Source: Azolla caroliniana (lineage: Eukaryota > Plantae > Polypodiophyta). From it: a stretch of DNA of 64,000 nucleotides. The DNA lies in contig JBHGNT010000014.1 in the NCBI GenBank assembly GCA_043228905.1, positions 1,674,001 through 1,738,000 of the forward strand. Direction: 5' to 3'. Positions 1 through 11,828 of this stretch are shown piece after piece (position 1 is the first letter of the stretch; every line of letters begins with the position of its first letter). The position numbers and the translations under genes are program-made. The notes beneath the pieces were generated by a model. The model did no database searches, was not told the DNA's origin, and saw only the letters and a program-made list of their open reading frames with translations.

Positions 1-3000
1 CTTGACGGTTCTGTCCAAAGGAGTCGAGATGGACTTACAATCGGCCATCCCGAGTTTGAAGAGCATACTCAGCACGTAATGACGTTGGCTGATCCCGAGG
101 AAGTAATGAAGGTCCCCCAGATCCTTCATGTCGAACGATGCCGCAAGCTGGAGCTTCACGCGGTTGATTTCACCTAGGTCAGTGCCGGTGATGACCAAGT
201 CATCAACATACAGTAAAATACTAACCGGTCCGAGTCGACCTTTCCGGATGAACAGGGAAGAGTCCGATTTTGACGTGACGAAGCCCAACCGACGCAGTTG
301 TTGCGTGATCTTCGCGTTCCAGGCACGCGGGGCTTGCTTCAGTCCGTAAAGGGACTTCTTCAGTCGGCATATTGCCGAGGAGTTCGTTCCAGAGTGAAAT
401 CTGGGGGGCTGTACCATGTACACTTGTTCCTCAAGGTCACCTTGTAGGAACGCATTCTTTACATCCATGTGATGTAGGTGCCACCCCTTGGCCGCGGCTA
501 CTGCGAGCAAAACACGGACGGTCGTCATTTTCACAATCGGCGCAAACGTCTCATCATAGTCGATGCCGTGTTTCTGCGTGTAGCCCTTTGCCACTAGCCG
601 AGCCTTGTACCGGTTGACCGAGCCATCGGTGTTGTACTTGACCTTGTACACCCACCTACACCCGATCGGCTTCACACCCTTTGGTGCGTCAACTAGGTCC
701 CAGGTCTCGTTCTCCACCAATGCGTGCATCTCTACCTCCATCGCGGCGCGCCAATTCGCGTCCTTAGCCGCTTCTACGTAGCTCTCCGACTCACGCACTT
801 CCGCTACACGGGTCATGTACGCATAATGATGCGCCATGTACTCGTTGTATCCGAACCGCACAACTGGGTTCTTCTGGCGGGTAGATCGGCGTAATCTCGC
901 ATTAGCCGATGTCAAGTCCTTCTCGGTCGACGCGGTCTTCACCTTTAAAGACCCGTCACCAGTTCCCTCGGAGTCGGACTCGCGTCGGTCTGACTCGTTC
1001 CTTTCCGTGCCGGAATCCGACACCTTCTTCTTCCCTTTCTCTTTGCGCGTAAGCCGTCTCCTCGGCTTCCTGCGCGGGGAATGCACGACCGAGTCTCCAC
1101 TACTCGCCGGCTCTTCATCGGACTGGTCGTACCGACTCAGTCGTCCAATCGGTCCACTTAACCGGAGTGAAATCGGACTCTCTTCGCGGGTCTCGATTTC
1201 GGGCTCATTCGGAGGCATCTCGGCCTCGCTGACCTCATCGTCAGAGCTCGGATTGGAGTCGAGGTTCGTAGTCGGGGGCAGGTACCAGGACGCGGACTCG
1301 TCAAACACAACGTCGCGGCTGACACGCGCTTGTTTGGTACGAGGGTTATAGCACTTATAAACCTTCTGCTCGTCCGAGTAACCGACCAAGATGCATTTCT
1401 CGGCCTTTGCGTCCAGCTTCCTCCTTTTCTCCTTCGGTACATGCACATACGCAATGCTACCGAACACCCTCAAGTGTCGCAAGTTCGGCTTCGTTCCGAA
1501 ATATAGCTCTTGCGCCGACACTTTGTCTCCGATCCGGTTCTGGATGTATACCGCGGTCCTTACCGCCTCGACCCAGTAGAACTTGGGCAAGCTCTTTTCC
1601 TCCAACATTGCCTGTGCCGCTTCCACAACTGACCGATTCTTCCTCTCGGCGACGCCGTTCTGCTCCGGCGTGTATCTACAACTGAATTCGTGCCGAATTC
1701 CTATTTGTTGTAGATAACCGTTGAATTGACCAGAAAAATACTCTTTCCCGCCATCCGACCGCATGCACTTGATCTTTCGTCCCGTTTCGGTTTCCACGAA
1801 CCCTTTGAGGTCCCGGAAACAGTCGAACACTTCGCTCTTCCTCTCAATGAGGTAGATCCACGTGTGCCGCGTGTGGTCGTCGATGAAGGAGACGAAATAT
1901 CGGCTCCCGCCAAGACTAAAGTTTTGTGCCGGCCCCCACACATCGGAGTGTATAAGGTCGAGCTTGTTCCGGCTCCGGTTTCGCTCGTTGGGGAAGGGAA
2001 GTCGGTGTTGCTTCCCGAGCTGGCAAGCTTCACAAATTTGTGCCTTTCGGCCTCTAAATTTGGGCAATCCGAACACTACCTGTTTCGTTTGCAAATCTTG
2101 AAGCCGCTGGTAGTTGACGTGGCCTATCCGCTTGTGCCACAAGTCGATGTCCGACTCGGTCTTTTGTCCCTTCGCGAACATTGCGGTGCCGCCGTCAGTG
2201 GAGTCGAGGATGAACATCCTCCCGTCTCTGCGCCCTTGCGCAATCACACGGCCTTCTTCCTCAATGAAGCACCCGAGGTTTGTAAACCGAACCTCCATCC
2301 CTTGGTCGACGATCTGTCCGACCGAGACCAAGTTTTTCGTGATTGTCGGAACGTGCAGCACGTTCATGAGTTTCCCTTTCTGCCCGACATGGCTAAGGGG
2401 AACTTCTCCGACATTCGCGATCGGATGCGGAGTGTCATCTCCTGTTGCGACTACTCCAGGTTGTATCGGTTTTTCAAGGTACGAGAACCACTCCTTATGG
2501 CTCGTCATGTGGTTTGACGCGCCGGAGTCTACGTACCACACCTCGTCCGATCTCGGGGTGGTCTGCTTCATTGAGTTTGCTTCGTGTCTCTTCACAAAGG
2601 AAGTTCCTTCTCCAGCTCTCCCGGAGTCTTTGGCGTAGTGCGATTGCTGCCGATTTCTCTTGTCGGTATGTTCGGAGCCATTTCCGGAACCGGTTCTCTC
2701 CAAATCGGCGCGCTTCTTCCAGCACTCGCTTTCCCTGTGGCCTTTCTTGCCACAGTACCAGCACTCCGCGATGACCTTCCCTTGCCGGTTCTCATCGCTT
2801 CGACTCCCCCTGTTTCCGGAGGGTCCATAGTTGCTGTCGGCATCACTTCGGTGCCTTCTTTCTTGATCTCGTCGGCCGCCTCCATTGCGTGCCGACTCGC
2901 CTCGTCCTCCACGTCCACGGGGCCTATCTCCCTCCGTGTACAACATTCTCTTGTCGGTGTGCGTGCTTGTAGACGCACCCGCGTGGTTCTCCTCTACCAG

Positions 3001-3549
3001 GAGCATCGACTGTAAGTCGAAAAAGGACGACGTATTCTCCCGGGTACACACAGCCATTCGGAACGCTCCGAACTTCGACGCCAAACCTCTGAGACAGATC
3101 TGGACCATCTCGCTCTCCTCGATGTTCACCTCTATGGAGGCGAGGGAGTTGCAGATATCCTTGATCTTCGAGGTATAGTCCGCCACCGACAAGTCGCGTT
3201 GTCGTAGGTTGCTCAACTCCTGTCGGAGCTGAAGCCTCCTGGCTGTGGTGCTCGCGGCGAAAATCTTCTTCAGATTTTCCCACGCACCCTTCGGCGTCTT
3301 TGCATCCCAAACATAGCTCAATAGCTGTTCGCCCACACACGATGCGAAGTAGTACAATACCTTGCTCGCCGATTACTCCCACGACGGGAAGTCTCTGTGT
3401 GTCGATTTGGGTGCCGCGTCATTAGCTCCTTCGACATAACTCCAGTAGCCGTGCCCGAGCAGGTACTGGTGCATCTTGTAGGACCAAGACGCGTAGTTGG
3501 TTCCGTCGAGCTTCTCTGTTGGAAGCGAGCTCGCCATGCCTCTATCCAT
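1..3549 (-). pseudogene. Copia gag-pol of element A (stops and frameshifts)
   Basis: ATG at 3549; CWYCGKTGK knuckle remnant, WYVDSGASNH protease, KKLDAKAEKCILVGY integrase, RT LLYVDDLVITG at about 185-220. Confidence 0.9.
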
Positions 3550-3609
3550 CGTTCTTCTTGTTCTTCTTCGTCAAGCTGTGTCGGCTGCAGAGAGGTTCTC
3601 AACCCTCGC

Positions 3610-3621
3610 GCTCTGATACCA
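3610..3621 (-). promoter_or_regulatory. PBS, tRNA-iMet
   Basis: TGGTATCAGAGC on minus, abutting the LTR. Confidence 0.92.
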
Positions 3622-4009
3622 TGTAGAAAGTAGCGTGCGGAAGCAAGTATGAAGACCGAACAGAAGGAAGGAAACTCAGGTTCAATGGAGAGCTTGGGCT
3701 TACACGGTATACGCAAGAGAGACAGAGAGAGTAGACACAAAAACTATATTCGACAATAATACTTAATCTCTGTACATAAGACGTGCTCAGTGAGCACTTT
3801 TATACAAGTCCTAGAAGGACTGACCGAAGTACTAACAGTACTTCAATGCTCATCAAGAGCTCCTACACTAACTCCCAAATATATTCCTCACGGAATATCT
3901 TTCCTAACGGCCTCCCGGTTTATGCACTCGGCCTAACCGATCGGTCCCAACCGATCGGGTCCTCGGCTTGTTCAGCCGAACCGGCCGATGTTGAGCTTGT
4001 CTCTCAACA
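3622..4009 (-). repeat. 5' LTR of element A (388 bp)
   Basis: TG...CA termini; strongly similar to the solo LTR at 11380-11828. Confidence 0.9.
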
Positions 4010-4815
4010 AGCTGGACAACTAGCATGGGAGGAGGACAGTCGGGGAGTCCCACTTCAACTACAACACAACGAACCCCACTAATTAGGAGAGGCCGTTTTG
4101 AGTGTGGAGGCCCTCACTTTGTATCTAATTGTCCAAAAAACAAGCAACTAACCATGTGGGCAGCCACTCCACAACTCGAGTTAACAGGGCTTGAGGAAGG
4201 TTCCAAGCAAGACATAGAAGAATAGCAGCACAATATGAGGAAAAAGGAGAAGAAGTCGGTGTACGTGCAGGAGCCGCTACCACACAACCCACATGTCTTA
4301 CAATCAAACTCAACAACATAAGTAATCTCTTTCACAATATAATAACTGATGGGCATAACAGTGAGATGGTAGACAACGGAGCAACACATGTGAATGCGCT
4401 AGGAGGTGGGGATTAAAATTGCAGCCTTTAACCAGCCTCTCTGTGAGTTTTGTGAAGTGATACACTAATACGTGTTCATTAGCAATGGATGTCTTGATCG
4501 AAGTGGGAGAATGGCAAGGTTGTTACCCAGCCGGCAAAGGAGTTAAAGACCAGAATGTGAAAGGGATTGTATATTCGGAATCTATTATAATTAAGTAGTT
4601 TATGAGACGTGAACGGACAGACCGGAATCGGTATGCTAATCCGGATCCGGACCAGTTCCAAACAGGTGCCGGTTGGCATCGTTTTGTACTCAGCACTGGT
4701 GACCTATATAAAGGCCCGGTTACAATGTAAAACTTTGATGGATAATTAATAGAGCTTCTTGTTTTATCTTTAAGTGTTGATTACCGTTCTTTGCTAATTG
4801 TTCTATCATACGCGT

Positions 4816-5504
4816 TGTCGCGTTGCTACGCGCGTGCGTGGAGAAGGCGGGACCACGGGAGTCTTGGACTAAGGAGTAGAGGAGAAGGAATCGGACGTGG
4901 AATGGAAGCTTTGCACGAGAAGAAGAAGAACGAACAAGAGATTAGATCGAACAAGAGGAAGATGGAGACAAGTTGATCAACAAGATGTATTAAAACGAAA
5001 TGAACGATTACAAAATGGTGGCCACATAGGCCGCACCAAACGACTACTCGAAACCCTAACCAACGAAGATGAAGATAAAGATAAAGAAACCCTAACCCTA
5101 ACGCTTGACCTATGTGGTATACCTCACAATGGTGCCTTCCCTCTCCTTTTGTAGCACAAGGAGGGAAGACCGTTTACAAAAACGAGACTAAAATATCCCC
5201 TTTCATTCAAAGGGGATATTTGCCTTGATTTGGGGAGGGTGAGATTGATGGCCCCTTAACTCCCACCTCCTCACAAACAACTAGGTACCTATGTACCGCA
5301 TAGTACCTCTCTCTCTCTCTCGCGTGGATGTGCGCACAAGACCACATCGCCTTTATACCTTAGGGATCTTATGGGGCATTTGTAGCACCATACCCTTTTC
5401 CCCTATTATTATTACAAATACATTATGTACGTGTGCAACGTTGCACATCTCTCTTTGGCTCTCGTTGCTCGGGTTTCCGGTCGTGGACGAAAATCTTCAC
5501 GACA
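4816..5504 (-). repeat. 3' LTR of D (689 bp)
   Basis: Near-identical to 8748-9458 apart from a 24-bp gap and substitutions. Confidence 0.93.
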
Positions 5505-6759
5505 TCCGCCCCCACCTAACTGCACATCCACTGGTATGTGCCAAAACATAGGGGAGAGAACACGAAAGTTTCGACCACGACGACCGGCCGAGTCCTTAGC
5601 GCCCTCGTGGGCCCGCCCGGTTTTGTCCTCCACTTCGAGCAAGACCACCCCGTCCACACGAACAACCGCCGCCTTCCGGTCCACCATCCTCACCGAATGG
5701 TCTCGAACCGTCGGTGCCATCCGATCCTCCACATTCAACGATGTTCGCCGAGTCGTTGCCTCCACCCGATCCGCCACGTCCACCGTGGGTCCTTGAACCA
5801 TCGACTACATCCGGCCCGCCGTATCCGATGCCCGTGCTTTCCTCCCTGTTCGGTCCTCCCGAACGCCGTTGCCGACCCGGTTGCTCTTCCTTTGTCCGCC
5901 TCATCTATCCTCCGGATGTGCTCCCGATCGCATGCCGGATTCCGCCCTTTGCGTGCCGCACACCTCAGCGTGCCGATTCTCTTCGCTCCACGCTTGCCTT
6001 CCGTAGGCTTTCCCCGTTGTTCGCCGTGCTCTCTCGCGGTAGAGCGTACTGTCATCCCGACCTCCGTGTCGGTGTCCCTCGAGGCTGTCGTTATCGCTTC
6101 GCCTCGACTTGCGCCCTCTTGGCCCGCTTGGCCTTGCATGCCCTCCGGGAAGCCGCGCTTCCTCTTCCCGGCGCGTAGCCCGTTGCTCTTCGCGCACCTT
6201 CTTCGGTTCTCAAGACACGACTCTCCGCTCATGCCGATCGTGCTCGGCCCATGTCGTCGGTCTTGGTGTTTCGCCGTGCCATCCTTCGTCCCGCGCTTGA
6301 CCCGACCGTCATCGTCGGTCAATCGTTATCGCCCATCCGCCGTATGCATGCTTGTGTCTTGGCCCTCCACCGGTCGTATTGCATGCGTGTCATGTCGCGC
6401 TTCCGCCGTAGACCCGACCTCCGCGTCGGTCTCCAACTCCTTGCCACCACCCACCGTTTCTTCATTCTCCTTTCTATCCGCGACCGCCGATGCCTCACGG
6501 GTAGGTGTGGAGGGTTCCTCCCACTCTCGGTCCACCACCGAGTCCTCGCCTCTCAAAGGCTCAATCGGTCCACTGTTTCCGGTCACTCGTTGACGCTCTC
6601 TCGGATGCATGCTCGTTCTTGGGCCCTTCACCGACCGTAATGCATGCTTCGTCTTACGCCCTTCATCCGCCGTAGACCCGACCTCCGCGTCGGCCACTTC
6701 TTCCTTTGTCACCGTAGCCCGTTCCGACCCGGGCTCGTCATCTTGGACCCGCTCTTCCA

Positions 6760-8589
6760 TCATCTCATACCGCATACCCGCTCCGACTCCTCGCCGCCAC
6801 CCGCTTTCTCTCCGGTTTCACGTTGATCCGCAACCGCTGAAGTCTCTAGAATGGGTGTGGAAGGTCCCTCTCGCTCTCGGTCTTCAAGCAAGCCGTGATC
6901 ACCGTGCCCACTAGGCCTCCTATCCTCATGGCCACCGCCCATCTCCCCGGTCTTATGTCCGCGCTCGGGTGCAACCGCCGAAGTCTCCGGCCCCGGTGTC
7001 GAGGGATCTCGCCTCCGTCCGCTACAAACCTCCTCTTCGTTATTTCGGTTGCCCGCCTTGCCGCCGCCACCGTCTGTCTCTCTAGGTCTCACACCGGCTC
7101 TCGGGCCGATTGCTGGAGTCTCTAGGACTGGTGTGTGGAAGGTCGCGGCACCGCCGCTCGTCTCCTCCTCCTCCTCGATTTCGCAAGCCTCGAGTATGCT
7201 CGCGAAATCCTCGTAGAACGTTTCGGGCAACCGCGTCCCAAAACTTTCGCCCACTCTCGAAGTGGCGTCCATTGCTCCGTAGATATCGGCCTCATCCATG
7301 GCCGTCCTCTTTCCGCAAGCCGAGAGGGTCGCTCGCTCCGCACCCTTTCCCACATCGTCGCCGTGGTCGCCCGCCTTGCCACTGCCACCGTTCGTTACCC
7401 TAGGTCTCACGCGGGCACTCGGGCCGGCCGGGGTCTCTTGAACCGGTGCGTGTAAGGTAGCAACACCGCCGCTCGTCGATGCTATGCCCGTAGCCACCTC
7501 CATTCGGACATCATCGTCCGTGGCTACCCCGCCTCCGTATATGCAAGCATCAATTATGCTTGCCACCTCCTCTTCCACGGTCTTCTTACCGTTGTCCCGG
7601 TTGCCCGCCTTTTCGCCGCCTCCGCCCGTCACTCTAGGTCTCACACCGGCTCTAGGGCCGGTTGCCGGAGTCTCTAGGCCCGGTGTGCGTAAGGTCGCGG
7701 CACCGCCGCTTGTCTCCTCCTCACTCGATGTTTTGGGCCGCCATGTCCCGAATCCGTAGTTACCGGCCTCCATGGCCGTCCATTCGCCGCAAGTCGAGAG
7801 AGTCGCTCTTTCCGCACCCTCTCCCATGTCACCATCGTGGTCGCCCACCTTGCCGCCGCCACCGCCCATCACTCTAGGTTGCACACCGACTCTCGGGCCG
7901 GTTGCCAGAGTCTCTAGGCCCGGTGTGCGTAAGGTCCCGGCACCACCGCCTGTCTTCTCCCCGCTCGATGTTTCGGGCCTCCATGCCCGAACTCCCTCAT
8001 GTCCGCTCGAATCGGCGATCGCTGCCTCACCGTCCCCGACCTTGTCCTCGGTCGATCTTTCTCCGCATGTCGAGAGGGTGGCTTGTCCCGCACCCTCTCC
8101 CGTGGTACCGATGTACCATTCTCTTTCGGCCACCTCATCCTCCGATCCGCTCGGGCCCGACTCCGCAATAAGCCCTTCTTCGGCTTCAATTTGTGCCTCT
8201 GCGATCTCGTACGCTTCCCGCACCAAGGCTTCGATGTCGAGCTCCTCCGAACCGATTTGCATTGAGCTCTCTTCCGACGCTAGTGCATAGTCGGTCGCCG
8301 CTCTCTTTTCTGCACCGCTCACGGGCCGCGTTGTGGCCGACCGCCTCTCATCGCATTGTATGCAGGCCCATTCCACCTCGTTCCAATCTTTGGTGAGGCC
8401 GTGCGCCCCTTCATCGTCTTCAAGGTAGGGAAAAATGGTCATTCTCCCGCTTTCGTTGACCGATTTCAAGAATAGTGGGACCTTGTCCGCCCCCACCGAT
8501 TCTTGATCCCGGACCGAAAGTTGGGAAAACCGGAGATCGAACTCTTGGAATGCCTTCATTGCGCTTCGAGGAGCCTTTGCCGACGACAC
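6760..8589 (-). CDS. Truncated Gag-like domain fused to G/E/A/T-rich repeats, 609 aa
   Basis: EFDLRFSQLS..LFLKSV..GLTKDW aligns by eye with G Gag EFEERFARLS..LFVKSV..GLTTDW; followed by repeats of about 80 aa. Confidence 0.65.
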   Translation of the reverse strand: MSSAKAPRSAMKAFQEFDLRFSQLSVRDQESVGADKVPLFLKSVNESGRMTIFPYLEDDEGAHGLTKDWNEVEWACIQCDERRSATTRPVSGAEKRAATDYALASEESSMQIGSEELDIEALVREAYEIAEAQIEAEEGLIAESGPSGSEDEVAEREWYIGTTGEGAGQATLSTCGERSTEDKVGDGEAAIADSSGHEGVRAWRPETSSGEKTGGGAGTLRTPGLETLATGPRVGVQPRVMGGGGGKVGDHDGDMGEGAERATLSTCGEWTAMEAGNYGFGTWRPKTSSEEETSGGAATLRTPGLETPATGPRAGVRPRVTGGGGEKAGNRDNGKKTVEEEVASIIDACIYGGGVATDDDVRMEVATGIASTSGGVATLHAPVQETPAGPSARVRPRVTNGGSGKAGDHGDDVGKGAERATLSACGKRTAMDEADIYGAMDATSRVGESFGTRLPETFYEDFASILEACEIEEEEETSGGAATFHTPVLETPAIGPRAGVRPRETDGGGGKAGNRNNEEEVCSGRRRDPSTPGPETSAVAPERGHKTGEMGGGHEDRRPSGHGDHGLLEDREREGPSTPILETSAVADQRETGEKAGGGEESERVCGMR

Positions 8590-8725
8590 CCATAGATCGA
8601 ACTCGCGTCAATCGTACTTGTACGCCTCTTCTTGTCTTTCTCTCCTTCTTGCGAAATCCCTTGCCATTCTCGTAATTACTTCCGCGATGTCTCCGGCTTC
8701 CATCTCCTTCCTCCCTTGCCGCCTC

Positions 8726-8743
8726 TTCACGTCGGGTTCACCA
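8726..8743 (-). promoter_or_regulatory. PBS, tRNA-Trp (element D)
   Basis: Plus-strand TTCACGTCGGGTTCACCA equals the recalled 3' end of plant cytosolic tRNA-Trp. Confidence 0.85.
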
Positions 8744-8747
8744 AATA

Positions 8748-9458
8748 TGTCGCGTTGCTACGCGCGTGCGTGGAGAAGGGCGGGACCACGGGGGTCTTGG
8801 ACTAAGGAGTAGAGGAGAAGGAATCGGACGTGGAATGGAAGCTTTGCACGAGAAGAAGAAGAAAGAACAAGAGATTAGATCGAACAAGAGGAAGATGGAG
8901 ACAAGATGATCAACAAGATGTATTAAAACGAAATGAACGATTACAAAATGGTGGCCGCATAGGCCGCACCAAACGACTACTCGAAACCCTAACCAACGAA
9001 GATAAAGATAAAGATAAAGAAACCCTAACCCTAACGCTCGACCTATGTGGTATACCTCGCACACTCAAAAAAGGCAACCCTCACAATGGTGCCTTCCCTC
9101 TCCTTTTATAGCACGAGGGAAGACCGTTTACAAAAACGAGACTAAAATATCCCCTTTCATACAAAGGGGATATTTGCCTTGATTTGGGGAGGGTGAGATT
9201 GATGGCCCCTTAACTCCCACCTCCTCACAAACAACTAGGTACCTATGTACCGCATAGTACCTCTCTCTCTCTCTCACGTGGATGTGCGTACAAGACCACA
9301 TCGCCTTTATACCTTAGGGATCTTATGGGGCATTTCTAGCAGCATACCCTTTTCCCCTATTATTATTACAAATACATTATGTACATGTGCAACGTTGCAC
9401 ATCTCTCTTTGGCTCTCGTTGCTCGGGTTTCCGCTCGTGGACGAAAATCTTCACGACA
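8748..9458 (-). repeat. 5' LTR of D (711 bp)
   Basis: TG...CA; TATAAAA on minus at about 9104-9110. Confidence 0.93.
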
Positions 9459-9616
9459 GCATGTATCAAGTCTAATGCCATATTGCTAAGTAACCAATTA
9501 AAGTCTGATTAATCGTTGAGTCTTAAGTTATCTCGCCGTAGCACCCTTTGGTGACGTGTCTTCCGTAGACACCCTATGTTAGGCCATTGTCCGGCCCGAA
9601 GGAATAACAGAGTTTT

Positions 9617-9625
9617 TGGCGACCA
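9617..9625 (+). promoter_or_regulatory. Candidate PBS of C (TGGCGACCA, tRNA-Arg-like)
   Basis: 7 nt after the LTR end; only a short match, and it overlaps the gag ATG at 9625. Confidence 0.45.
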
Positions 9626-10069
9626 TGAATCCTGCACAATCGCAGCGAACAACAGCGGGAATGGATGACTAGACCAACGAACGACCCGGTTATGGAGCGA
9701 GCAAGGAAACTTGCTGAATGGCTGAGGAAGCGAGAGGCTTTCTAGCAAGCGGCAGAAGAAATCAGAGCTGATCGCTCATTTTCCAAGGTGATCTGGAGAG
9801 TGGCCAAGGAGTCACTTCATTCACAACAAAACGACTACCCGGACGAAGGACGCAGTCTAAGCAGCCTTCGGGAAGTGGAATCCCTTCTCCAGGCATTGGC
9901 AGCGGGCGAAGGCGAATCCGAAGCATTTTCAGCTTTTGAATCGGATTCGGAAGGGGAATAACTACCGCATACGAACTACCGCAGCAATAACGACACCCCA
10001 AACGTACCGGAGGACGAGGAGTCAGATACCTTGCCAACACCGGAACCAGAACTGACAAGGCTGGAACCT

Positions 10070-10380
10070 CCAGCACTGGAAGTCGAGCACACTCCAGAAC
10101 CAGAAGTCGAGGAAGAGAGACCTCCGACACCGGAAGTCGAGCACACTCCGGAACCAGAAGTCGAGGAAGAGAGACCTCTGACACCAAAAGTCGAGTACAC
10201 TCCGGAACTAGAAGTCGAGGAAGAGAGACCTCCGACAACGGAAGTCGAGGAGGAGAGACCTCCGACACTGAAAGAGGAGCAGGAAAGACCTCCGACGCCA
10301 ACAGAGGAGCGGGAAAGACCTTTGACGCCCACAGAGGAGGAGGAAAGACCACCGACACCACCAACCCGCGTACCGACACC
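10070..10380 (+). repeat. Coding tandem repeats in C gag (54-bp x3, then 30-bp x4-5)
   Basis: EVEHTPEPEVEEERPPTP and EEERPPTP units. Confidence 0.85.
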
Positions 10381-11379
10381 AGACGATGATATGCCGTTCC
10401 AATATCCTAGATACCGGGATGATCCGGACGCGGAAGCCCACGTCCATGCGTTTCAGTAGACCTGGGAGGCAAACCATGTGTCCCAACTCTTAAATGCGGC
10501 CGAAGAGGAACGTTAAACAATGGCAGAGTTCGGCATGACCCTGGAGGGACCGGCCGCCAGATGGCACCAAACACAAGATCCCAGCACCATCCCCACGTTT
10601 GAAGCATTAAACACCAAATTCTTGCATTTCTTTCACAAGGAGATGGACCAACGGGAAATGGTAGGTCTATTTTATTTTATCCGGTAGGCACCAACGGAGA
10701 ACATTCAACAGTTTGACATCCGGTTCCAGCGGATACATAGTCAACTCAGCCGGGCACCACTGGAGGAAGAAACAAAGGCAATATTCTTAGCAGCACTTCG
10801 GGAACCCTTACGAACGGTGTGCACCGTCATTGATTTCCGCACCAGCGGCATAGATCAAGTGATCGACCGAGTTCGGGAAATGGAAAAATCAAGTTCATGG
10901 CTAACCCTGGGCGCACTTCAGCGTGCACTACCAACAGATGAGGACCTCCGCTTCCGGCAAGCAATTCAATGTACGACATGCCTGAATGCCGGACATTTGG
11001 CGCTGGAATGCACCATGTGTTCCCAATGCTTGCTCTGCCACTCCAGAAATCACACAATGGAACGGTGTGAGTATAACTTGTTAAATCGGCAAGCACCACC
11101 GGTCCGGCAAATTGAACCACGAAGCAACCGAGAGGAAGAAGAAGAACGTTGGCTGCTAGAGGAGCGTTACCGGCCGGCACAAGATGTCAGGTACAGTGAT
11201 CGAAGAGACACTTATGACCAGTATGATAGACAGGATAGATATCGGGACTATAATGGACGGTACGAGAGATACAACCGGGATCACTCCCCTGGTTACAACC
11301 AATGACGGGACGACTATGGCAAGTATGACGACCAACCCCGTCAAGGTTACTGAAACAAAAAGAATTTCAAGAAGAAACG

Positions 11380-11828
11380 TGTTGAGAGACAAGCTCAACA
11401 TCGGCCGGATTGGCTGAAGAAGCCAAGGACCGGATCGGTTGGGACCGATCGGTTAGGCCGAATGCGTAAACCGGTACGCAGACCGGTGCGTACGTAGGGC
11501 CGGATCGGTGCGTAAACCGGGAGGCTGTTAGGAAAGATATTCCGTGAGGAATATATTTGGGAGTTAGTGTAGGAGCTCTTAATGAGCATTGAAGTACTGT
11601 CAGTACTTCGGTCAGTCCTTCTAGGACTTGTATAAAAGTGTTCATTGAACACACATATGTATAGAGTCGAAAATAGAGTGTTGAATATACTTCTTGTGTT
11701 CCCTCTCTCTCACTCTCTCTCTTTCTGTCTCTCCCGCGTATACTGCGTAAGCTCAAGCTCTCCATTAAACCTGAGCGTTCTTCCTTCTGTTCGGTCTCCA
11801 TACTTGCTTCCGCACGTTACTTTTCACA
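11380..11828 (+). mobile_element. Solo LTR of the A family in C gag
   Basis: TGTTGAG...TTTCACA with perfect TSD AAACG. Confidence 0.94.

Larger units (their letters stand above)
1..4009 (-). mobile_element. Element A: Ty1/Copia LTR retrotransposon (Bryco-like), 3' part outside the window
   Basis: 5' LTR 3622-4009 (TGTTGAG...TTTCTACA on minus), PBS directly adjacent, minus-strand gag (MDRGMASSLPTEKL), PR, INT and RT motifs. Confidence 0.93.
4816..9458 (-). mobile_element. Element D: non-autonomous LTR element related to G, inserted in the 5' LTR of C
   Basis: LTRs 4816-5504 and 8748-9458; PBS 8726-8743; PPT 5505-5520; 4-bp TSD GCGT/GCAT; no pol motifs. Confidence 0.92.

Noticed and set aside
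836-3015. Long plus-strand ORFs (e.g. 263 aa)
   Set aside because: Antisense shadows of the GC-rich Copia pol; similar shadows occur opposite F, G and J.
5538-6775. 351-aa and overlapping ORFs in D
   Set aside because: Low-complexity GC-rich DNA open in several frames, with no recognisable domain.
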